Shown here piece by piece: positions 1-5,114 of a stretch of 5,114 nucleotides of DNA. Position numbers and translations under genes: made by a program. Under the pieces are notes generated by a model. The model searched no databases. It was given only the letters and a program-made list of their open reading frames with translations, and was not told the origin of the DNA. This DNA comes from a virus (Duplodnaviria; Heunggongvirae; Uroviricota; Caudoviricetes), in IMG/VR virus record IMGVR_UViG_2778261527_000009, positions 1-5,114 of that record; one strand, written 5' to 3'. The number at the start of each line of letters is the position of its first letter. Position 1 is the first letter of the stretch.

Positions 1-450
1 TGCTGCATGCTCCTGCAGCTTCGAAATTGAGAGATACAGCTCGTCGTTAATTGCTGTCTTCTCATGCGGTTCCACCACACCGTCTTCGATTGCCGAACGA
101 ATCTGTCTGGAATAACTGCCAATCTGTTCAATGACTTCCAGCAGGCGCTGGTTAATATCGGCGTTGTCCACATCCTCGACGTCAGGAAGAGACACAAAGA
201 CGCCATTTGCAGACTGCGCCACAGCGTCAGCAATGAAGTGAGTTCCACCAGCACGTTGCAAAATCATTGCCCATCCCAGCGGGAAAATCTGATCGCCATC
301 GGCACGAAGGCGGTTAAATAATGCGTTTTCTGTTACATCCAGCCAGTCAGCTGCTTCAGCGTAACCACCCGGCAACGCTGCGATAGTTTTTCTGACAGCT
401 TTCACGTACCACTCAGGCTGTTTTTCTACTTTCCAGTGATGCTTACCCAC
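1..450 (-). CDS. CII-like / YdaT-like lysogeny regulator, partial (3' end runs off the window start); GTG start
   Basis: Minus-strand frame is open from GTG (plus 448-450) to position 1 with no stop (150 codons, hand-translated: VGKHHWKVEKQPEWYVKAVRKTIAALPGGYAEAADWLDVTENALFNRLRADGDQIFPLGW...ISKLQEHAA). Strong SD AGGAGG (plus 457-462, 6 nt spacer). Sits immediately downstream of the cro-like gene, the position held by cII/ydaT in lambdoid prophages. Not in the ORF track because it lacks an in-window stop. Family assignment is from memory of CII(CP76)/YdaT-like proteins, not a search. Confidence 0.5.
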   Translation of the reverse strand, partial: MGKHHWKVEKQPEWYVKAVRKTIAALPGGYAEAADWLDVTENALFNRLRADGDQIFPLGWAMILQRAGGTHFIADAVAQSANGVFVSLPDVEDVDNADINQRLLEVIEQIGSYSRQIRSAIEDGVVEPHEKTAINDELYLSISKLQEHAA

Positions 451-703
451 GGTTCACCTCCTGTTCCTGTGGTTTAAACCCATTCTGGTTTTGGCTAGAT
501 TGAAAACGTGCCGGATAAAGAATCTGCATTTCGCTGACTTCACCCTTAAAAAAATTGGCTAAACGTTCTGCAAGCTCGATAGATGGAATCTGCTCCAGCC
601 TCTCAATACGACTCAACGTCGCTGGATTGACTTGAACACCCGCAGCAACATGCTGCAAAGTGAAACCATGCGCCTTACGCACATTTCGTAATGGTGATTG
701 CAT
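443..703 (-). CDS. Cro-like HTH (XRE family) transcriptional regulator
   Basis: 86-aa ORF, divergent from the repressor gene. The N-terminal segment GFTLQHVAAGVQVNPATLSRIERLEQIPS has the look of an XRE/Cro-type helix-turn-helix. SD GGAGG is 4 nt upstream of the ATG on the minus strand (plus 706-711). Confidence 0.8.
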   Translation of the reverse strand: MQSPLRNVRKAHGFTLQHVAAGVQVNPATLSRIERLEQIPSIELAERLANFFKGEVSEMQILYPARFQSSQNQNGFKPQEQEVNRG

Positions 704-800
704 ACGCCCTCCAAATATTGCGCGTTATGCATGTTATTTCACGCAATTATTTTGCGCAAGTTGATTTGCTTATCACGCAATAAAGAAATGTAATAAACGC
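704..800. promoter_or_regulatory. Divergent cI/cro operator-promoter region (OR-like) with three operator-like 15-mers
   Basis: 97-bp intergenic region between divergent cro-like and cI-like starts. Three sites fit TTGC-N7-GCAA: 718-732 (reverse orientation, ATGCATAACGCGCAA), 733-747 (TGTTATTTCACGCAA, weaker left half) and 767-781 (TTGCTTATCACGCAA). A perfect 8-bp palindrome TTGCGCAA lies at 752-759. Putative cI promoter: -35 TTGCTT 767-772, -10 TGTAAT 789-794. Putative cro promoter on the minus strand around 731-759. Confidence 0.55.
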
Positions 801-1493
801 ATGAACATAGGAAACCGAGTCAGACAACTTCGCCAAGCGAAGAACATGAAAATCGCCGATCTCGCTGAAGCAATAGGAGTAGATGCGGCGAACATCTCGC
901 GCTTAGAAACGGGTAAGCAAAAACAATTTACCGAACAAACACTGAGTAATATTGCCAAGAGCTTAGGTGTTGATATTGCTGATCTCTTTACCTCTGCCCA
1001 CAAAAGTAATACTGTATATAAAAACAGTAATGATGAGGATGTTGCGCAGGTGAAGGATGTGTTCCGTATTGAAATGCTGGATATCAGTGCCAGTGCGGGA
1101 AATGGCCTTATCCAGGGCGGTGATGTCATTGATGTGATTCATGCCATCGAATACAGAACTGATAATGCTGTATCAATGTTCGGCGGACGACCAGCCAATC
1201 ACATCAAAGTTATCAACGTTCGTGGGGACAGTATGTGTCCAACCATTGAGCCAGGAGATCTCATCTTCGTTGATGTCAGCATCAATCAGTTTGATGGTGA
1301 TGGTATATATGTCTTTGGTTTTGATGACAAAATATACGTTAAAAGACTTCAAATGATTCCTGACAAACTGCTGGTGATTTCTGATAACCAGATTTACCGT
1401 GAATGGGGAATTACTAGCGAAAACGAACACCGATTCATGGTCTTTGGAAAGGTCTTAATCAGTCAGTCGCAAACCCTTAAGAGACATAATTAA
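801..1493 (+). CDS. CI-like phage repressor (N-terminal HTH_XRE, C-terminal S24 LexA-like autopeptidase domain)
   Basis: 230 aa. N-terminal HTH (KIADLAEAIGVDAANISRLETG). Ala99-Gly100 is a candidate cleavage site. Ser144 in GDSM and Lys181 in VKRL are 37 residues apart, the same Ser-Lys spacing as LexA. No SD precedes the ATG, consistent with a leaderless PRM-type transcript. Confidence 0.9.
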   Translation: MNIGNRVRQLRQAKNMKIADLAEAIGVDAANISRLETGKQKQFTEQTLSNIAKSLGVDIADLFTSAHKSNTVYKNSNDEDVAQVKDVFRIEMLDISASAGNGLIQGGDVIDVIHAIEYRTDNAVSMFGGRPANHIKVINVRGDSMCPTIEPGDLIFVDVSINQFDGDGIYVFGFDDKIYVKRLQMIPDKLLVISDNQIYREWGITSENEHRFMVFGKVLISQSQTLKRHN

Positions 1494-1511
1494 CCTCAAT
1501 ATCCTTCCATC

Positions 1512-1536
1512 GGCCACCGAAAGGTGGCTTTTTATT
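1512..1536 (+). terminator. Rho-independent terminator downstream of cI
   Basis: GGCCACC (1512-1518), GAAA tetraloop (1519-1522), GGTGGC (1523-1528), followed by TTTTTATT. Lies 19 nt after the cI stop. Confidence 0.8.
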
Positions 1537-1546
1537 ACCTATCAAT

Positions 1547-1597
1547 TTGCATATCCCGCAAATATCACTTGCATATCTCGCAATTTAATTTTATCTT
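1547..1597 (+). promoter_or_regulatory. OL/PL-like element: two operator-like 15-mers overlapping a putative rightward promoter
   Basis: Direct repeats TTGCATATCCCGCAA (1547-1561) and TTGCATATCTCGCAA (1569-1583), 22 bp centre to centre, matching the 15-mer family seen between cI and cro. Putative -35 TTGCAT (1569-1574), 17-bp spacer, -10 TATCTT (1592-1597). Confidence 0.45.
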
Positions 1598-1744
1598 TTG
1601 TTCCAGACCAACTACAGGATTACAACAAAATCTGGTTGCAACACGGTGCATGTGTCGTAAGCAGTCAGTAAATGTCAAAAACGAACAGGCAGGACGCCCA
1701 CGAAGTAGCCGCCTGGGGCATATGAAGTCCAGGATGATTCGTTA

Positions 1745-1772
1745 GCAACAAAAAAGCGCCCTACAGGACGCT
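1745..1772 (-). terminator. Rho-independent terminator for leftward transcripts
   Basis: On the minus strand: 7-bp stem AGCGTCC/GGGCGCT (one G-U pair), loop TGTA, then TTTTTGTTGC. On the plus strand the same hairpin has a C-A mismatch and no clean U-tract, so it is better formed on the minus strand. Confidence 0.5.
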
Positions 1773-1774
1773 TA

Positions 1775-1786
1775 GCTCTTTAACAA
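1775..1786 (+). promoter_or_regulatory. boxA-like antitermination element (rrn/nut type), immediately after a hairpin
   Basis: GCTCTTTAACAA (1775-1786) is an exact match to the E. coli rrn boxA core (NusB/NusE binding sequence). It lies in the leader between the PL-like promoter and the first downstream gene and is preceded by the hairpin at 1755-1772, the boxB-then-boxA order of rrn leaders. Confidence 0.4.
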
Positions 1787-1831
1787 TCTGGTCCCCATCA
1801 ACAAGTAACTGATAACTTGAGGAGGTGTGAA

Positions 1832-2038
1832 ATGCACAAAACAGAACCCAAAATCGTCGCGCCCGGATACACAAATGAGGAAATTTACGAGTGGATGGCA
1901 AAGAAGCTGGCAGCTATAAACCAGCTTCGTGAAGTGCTGTCTTATCGACAGGAAATAATAGACTCCTTAAAAAAACTGGATCAGGAAATCACGGTTTTAT
2001 CACAGGATGTTACTTTAGATATTGTGCAGACAAATTAG
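1832..2038 (+). CDS. Hypothetical small protein (68 aa), moron-like
   Basis: ATG at 1832 preceded by a strong SD GAGGAGG (1819-1825, 6-nt spacer). The track's TTG at 1817 is unlikely to be the real start. AT-rich relative to flanks. Product MHKTEPKIVAPGYTNEEIYEWMAKK...; no family recognised. Confidence 0.55.
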   Translation: MHKTEPKIVAPGYTNEEIYEWMAKKLAAINQLREVLSYRQEIIDSLKKLDQEITVLSQDVTLDIVQTN

Positions 2039-2444
2039 GATCCCATTCATTTTCGTCAAAATCATCAAAGTGATGAATTTGTGATCTCCAGTCTCGATAA
2101 TCTAAAAATTTCTGGGCGGTTACGCTTATTTTATCAAGTGTGAGTTCATCCTGAATTGAAAGAAGAAGTTCATCAAATTTCATCTCATTAATCTGTTTTG
2201 GCATCCAGTGATGCTTCATCAGAATAAGGTGAACCAGAGCCTTTTTCCCATTCAACTGATTATAGGGAGTGCCGAATTTCTTCCGGTGCTCATGTAAGAC
2301 AAGGTCCAGAAGAGTAAGTAATGTTGCCCTTGATTCGACTTTGCTTATTTCGACTGATGACACTACCCCACTGATTTCAATGCCCCGATACTTTCCAACA
2401 TTTTCACAGTGGGATTTGTACAGCGTGTAGATATTACCGGACAT
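2010..2444 (-). CDS. Hypothetical protein (144 aa), convergent with and overlapping the 68-aa gene; candidate moron/exclusion gene
   Basis: 144-aa ORF with a mixed, protein-like composition. Weak SD (AAGGAAA) about 6 nt upstream of the ATG on the minus strand. AT-rich. Overlaps the 3' end of the 68-aa gene by 29 nt. No family recognised from memory. Confidence 0.6.
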   Translation of the reverse strand: MSGNIYTLYKSHCENVGKYRGIEISGVVSSVEISKVESRATLLTLLDLVLHEHRKKFGTPYNQLNGKKALVHLILMKHHWMPKQINEMKFDELLLSIQDELTLDKISVTAQKFLDYRDWRSQIHHFDDFDENEWDPNLSAQYLK

Positions 2445-2459
2445 TTCTTTTCCTTTTGC

Positions 2460-2511
2460 GTTGTTGGGGATAACCAGATTAACCGAATCCTTGTTGTTGG
2501 GGAATAACCAG
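2460..2511. repeat. Two near-identical direct repeats (18/19 bp) upstream of the 144-aa gene
   Basis: GTTGTTGGGGATAACCAG (2460-2477) and GTTGTTGGGGAATAACCAG (2493-2511), identical apart from one inserted A, 33 bp apart. They lie 16-67 nt upstream of the minus-strand ATG at 2444. Confidence 0.6.
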
Positions 2512-2805
2512 GTCCACCTCGCCTGATGTGGCTAAAAGCAGGCACATAACAGCTAAGTATTTTCAACCAGAGAGAATCCTTAGCGTTGTGGTGAATGCGG
2601 CTCAGCGCACGCGGGTTAAGGTTGAGGCTGACAGTCGACCTTCTGTGGATACCCACCCGCCTGGTGTGCAACCTTCGCCAGGCACCGGGAGGCACCCGGC
2701 ACCACAACTTTATGCTGTGTGTAGTCCTGGCGGTACCAGTTTGTACCCTTGCTTCCGGCTGGCATCCCCGCACCACTGAAACGACTTCTTCCTGACTATA
2801 AACGG

Positions 2806-3066
2806 ATGGAAGAAAAAATAGACGCCGTAATCCGTGAGAAATACGGGTTACCTCCTGTTATGAGCACGCCAGTGAAATATGCCGATCTCATTATGCTGGC
2901 AACCGAACGCCGCGATCTCGGGCTTGATGATGGCTCTTTCTGGCCTGTGCTGGAAGGTATCCCGGCAACAGAGATGTTCAACGTGATTCCACTGGCTCCA
3001 GGCCATGCCTACGGGATGTTTATGGAACGCTTTAACGAATTATCGGAGTTACGCAAATGCGCATGA
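2806..3066 (+). CDS. HD-domain phosphohydrolase C-terminal remnant (YfdR/YfbR-like), N-terminally truncated; possibly a pseudogene
   Basis: The frame is open from 2725 (stop at 2722-2724) to the stop at 3064-3066. The product contains TPVKY and ADLIMLATERRDL, resembling the C-terminal half of YfbR/YfdR-type 5'-deoxynucleotidases, but no H...HD metal-binding motif is encoded upstream in any frame. First in-frame ATG is 2806 (weak SD); the track's TTG at 2749 is an alternative. Confidence 0.45.
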   Translation: MEEKIDAVIREKYGLPPVMSTPVKYADLIMLATERRDLGLDDGSFWPVLEGIPATEMFNVIPLAPGHAYGMFMERFNELSELRKCA

Positions 3067-3419
3067 ATGTTTTCGAAATGGAAGGGTTTCTTCGTGGGAG
3101 ATGTGTACCGCGAGATCTGAAAGTGAATGAAACGGATGCTGAATACCTAGTGCGTAAATTCGATGCGCTTGAAGCTAAATGTGCAGCACAGGAAAACAAA
3201 GTAATACCAGTGTCAACTGAACTGCCACCAGCAAATGAAAGTGTTTTGTTATTCGATGCTAACGGAGAAGGCTGGCTAATTGGCTGGCGTTCTCTCTGGT
3301 ACACCTGGGGACAAAAAGAAACCGGAGAATGGCAGTGGACATTTCAGGTCGGGGACCTTGAAAACGTCAATATCACTCACTGGGCAGTAATGCCAAAAGC
3401 ACCGGAGGCTGGAGCATAA
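3057..3419 (+). CDS. DUF551-like phage early protein (120 aa; resembles the CPS-53 YfdS class)
   Basis: 120-aa ORF, SD GGAG (3044-3047). Start overlaps the upstream stop (ATG 3057, upstream TGA 3064-3066). Trp-rich C-terminus (WLIGWRSLWYTWGQKETGEWQW) typical of DUF551 proteins in lambdoid early regions. Resemblance is from memory, not a search. Confidence 0.7.
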   Translation: MRMNVFEMEGFLRGRCVPRDLKVNETDAEYLVRKFDALEAKCAAQENKVIPVSTELPPANESVLLFDANGEGWLIGWRSLWYTWGQKETGEWQWTFQVGDLENVNITHWAVMPKAPEAGA

Positions 3420-3724
3420 TGACCACTTTTACCGACAAAGAACTGATTAAAGAAATTAAAGAGCGTATCAGCAGCCTTGACGTGCGAGACGATATTGAGC
3501 GCCGTGCTTATGAAATCGCACTCCTATCTCTGGAAGTAGAACCAGATGAACGCGAAGCTTATGAATTATTCATGGAAAAGCGTTTTGGTGACTTAGTAGA
3601 TCGTCGGAGAGCAAAAAACGGCGATAACGAATACATGGCATGGAATATGACTCTCGGTTGGATCGTCTGGCAGCAACGAGCTGGTATCCATTTCTCAACA
3701 ATCTCACAGCAAGAGGTGAAATAA
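3419..3724 (+). CDS. Hypothetical phage early protein (101 aa; resembles the CPS-53 YfdT class)
   Basis: 101-aa ORF with TAATG stop/start overlap with the upstream gene at 3417-3421. SD GGAG at 3411-3414. Confidence 0.65.
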   Translation: MTTFTDKELIKEIKERISSLDVRDDIERRAYEIALLSLEVEPDEREAYELFMEKRFGDLVDRRRAKNGDNEYMAWNMTLGWIVWQQRAGIHFSTISQQEVK

Positions 3725-4074
3725 TGGAGCCATACAGCCTCACACTCGATGAGGCCTGTCATTTTCTCAAGATATCCAGACCGACTGCCATTAACTGGAT
3801 ACGCACAGGGCGTCTTCAGGCAACACGCAAAGATCCCACTAAGAATAAATCTCCTTACCTCACAACACGACAAGCCTGCATTGCGGCTCTTCAGTCTCCG
3901 CTGCATACTGTCCAGGTGAGCGCGGGTGATGGCATAACAGAGGAAAGAAAATGTCACTCTTCCGCAGAGGTGAAATATGGTACGCCAGTTTCACATTGCC
4001 GAACGGTAAAAGATTTAAACAGTCTCTTGGAACAAAGGACAAAAGGCAGGCGACAGAACTCCATGACAAGCTAA
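3724..4074 (+). CDS. xis: Excisionase (Xis), HTH DNA-binding, P22-type
   Basis: 116 aa starting [31 protein letters not shown], an excisionase-type HTH. TAATG overlap with the upstream gene at 3722-3726. Lies directly upstream of int and overlaps it. Length matches P22 Xis as I recall it. The track's longer ORF from 3640 is an in-frame upstream extension. Confidence 0.8.
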   Translation: MEPYSLTLDEACHFLKISRPTAINWIRTGRLQATRKDPTKNKSPYLTTRQACIAALQSPLHTVQVSAGDGITEERKCHSSAEVKYGTPVSHCRTVKDLNSLLEQRTKGRRQNSMTS

Positions 4075-5114
4075 AGGCTGAAGCATGGCGGGTCAGCAAA
4101 CTTGGTGAAATACCTGATATAACGTTCGAGGAAGCGTGTGTCAGGTGGCTTGAAGAGAAAGCACATAAAAAATCACTGGACGATGACAAAAGCCGGATCG
4201 GATTCTGGCTTCAACATTTCGCAGGAATGCAACTAAGAGACATTACTGAATCAAAAATTTATTCAGCAATGCAGAAAATGACGAACCGGCGTCATGAGGA
4301 AAACTGGAAACTCAGGGCAGAAGCATGCAGAAAAAAAGGGAAACCTGTTCCAGAATACACGCCAAAACCAGCGTCCGTTGCAACGAAGGCTACGCATCTT
4401 TCATTTATAAAGGCCCTACTAAGAGCCGCAGAGCGTGAATGGAAAATGCTGGATAAGGCACCAATTATTAAAGTGCCTCAACCAAAGAATAAACGGATCC
4501 GCTGGCTGGAGCCCCATGAAGCACAAAGGCTGATTGATGAATGTCCGGAGCCATTAAAGTCTGTTGTTGAATTTGCACTGGCAACAGGCTTAAGACGCTC
4601 GAACATCATCAACCTTGAATGGCAACAAATAGATATGCAGCGCCGGGTGGCATGGATAAACCCGGAAGAGAGTAAATCAAACCGCGCAATTGGCGTTGCG
4701 CTGAATGATACTGCATGTCGCGTATTGAAAAAACAAATCGGGAATCATCACCGTTGGGTATTTGTGTACAAGGAAAGCTGTACCAAACCAGACGGAACGA
4801 AAGCGCCAACAGTAAGGAAGATGCGGTATGACGCAAACACAGCCTGGAAAGCGGCGCTGAGACGGGCTGGTATTGATGATTTCAGATTTCACGACTTGAG
4901 ACACACCTGGGCAAGTTGGCTGGTTCAAGCCGGAGTCCCGTTGTCAGTGTTACAGGAAATGGGAGGCTGGGAGTCTATCGAAATGGTTCGTCGATATGCT
5001 CACCTTGCACCTAATCACCTTACCGAACACGCACGGCAAATAGACTCGATCCTGAACCCATCGGTCCCAAATTTGTCCCAGTTAAAAAATAAGGAAGGTA
5101 CAAATGATGTGTAA
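3951..5114 (+). CDS. int: Tyrosine site-specific integrase, P22 Int-like
   Basis: 387 aa with SD AGGA (3941-3944). C-terminal catalytic signature [11 protein letters not shown] ... VRRYAHL (box II His/Arg and the Tyr nucleophile). The N-terminus [46 protein letters not shown] closely matches phage P22 Int as remembered. Confidence 0.95.
   Translation: MSLFRRGEIWYASFTLPNGKRFKQSLGTKDKRQATELHDKLKAEAWRVSKLGEIPDITFEEACVRWLEEKAHKKSLDDDKSRIGFWLQHFAGMQLRDITESKIYSAMQKMTNRRHEENWKLRAEACRKKGKPVPEYTPKPASVATKATHLSFIKALLRAAEREWKMLDKAPIIKVPQPKNKRIRWLEPHEAQRLIDECPEPLKSVVEFALATGLRRSNIINLEWQQIDMQRRVAWINPEESKSNRAIGVALNDTACRVLKKQIGNHHRWVFVYKESCTKPDGTKAPTVRKMRYDANTAWKAALRRAGIDDFRFHDLRHTWASWLVQAGVPLSVLQEMGGWESIEMVRRYAHLAPNHLTEHARQIDSILNPSVPNLSQLKNKEGTNDV

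Noticed and set aside
64-321. 85-aa + strand ORF
   Set aside because: Lies entirely antisense to the open minus-strand CII-like frame, which has a strong SD and the expected operon position. No SD of its own.
773-1129. 118-aa - strand ORF
   Set aside because: Antisense to the well-supported cI-like gene; low-complexity Ser/Leu-rich product and no ribosome-binding site.
1141-1430. 71-aa + and 85-aa - ORFs inside cI
   Set aside because: Both are alternative-frame or antisense ORFs nested within the repressor gene; neither is protein-like nor has start signals.
1524-1745. 73-aa + ORF starting in the cI terminator
   Set aside because: Starts inside the terminator hairpin and runs through operator and promoter repeats; junk-like composition. 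The region is better explained as regulatory leader.
2460-2511. Possible CRISPR array
   Set aside because: Only two repeat copies of 18-19 bp, no third repeat, no cas genes and atypical repeat length. Treated as regulatory direct repeats.
2520-2545. Possible LexA (SOS) box upstream of the 144-aa gene
   Set aside because: CTG and CAG triplets are present but with 13-nt rather than 10-nt spacing and no TACTGTATAT-like core.
2600-2770. Possible tRNA or tmRNA integration target near int
   Set aside because: No cloverleaf could be built by eye, no T-arm GTTCGAATC-like motif and no CCA-proximal acceptor pairing. The site is also on the wrong side of int; the att/tRNA target is expected beyond 5114.
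2363-2795. 137-aa - ORF and two + ORFs (83 and 66 aa) in the GC-rich segment
   Set aside because: Mutually overlapping ORFs on both strands with Arg/Pro/Gly-rich products, typical of GC-rich non-coding DNA. No start signals. The region is reported as a candidate ncRNA or junction instead.
2796-3304. 61-aa and 90-aa - strand ORFs
   Set aside because: Antisense to the coupled HD-remnant and DUF551-like genes; no ribosome-binding sites.
3559-4189. 132-aa and 109-aa - strand ORFs
   Set aside because: Antisense to the 101-aa gene, xis and the start of int; Cys/Ser-rich, junk-like products.
4609-4928. 75-aa and 83-aa - strand ORFs inside int
   Set aside because: Antisense to the integrase gene, which has a full catalytic signature; no independent support.

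Overview
This window reads as the integration-proximal end of a lambdoid prophage from an enterobacterial host, built around an immunity switch and a P22-type int/xis module. All calls come from reading the sequence and ORF track by eye; no homology search or folding was run. Left to right: a CII/YdaT-like gene (- strand, runs off the window start), a Cro-like HTH gene (-), a ~100 bp divergent operator/promoter region, and a CI-like repressor (+, HTH plus LexA-type S24 autocleavage domain) followed by an intrinsic terminator. Downstream of cI lie a second set of operator-like 15-mers over a putative rightward promoter and a perfect rrn-type boxA. Then comes an AT-rich convergent pair of unknown genes (68 aa +, 144 aa -), a GC-rich ORF-poor segment, and a translationally coupled chain (HD-domain remnant, DUF551-like, 101-aa protein, Xis, Int). 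The early-left region is far shorter than in lambda or P22: no N, kil, cIII or recombination genes are present. The best candidates for something undescribed are the convergent 68/144-aa pair with its direct repeats and the adjacent GC-rich non-coding segment. No tRNA, rRNA, CRISPR array or IS element was seen.
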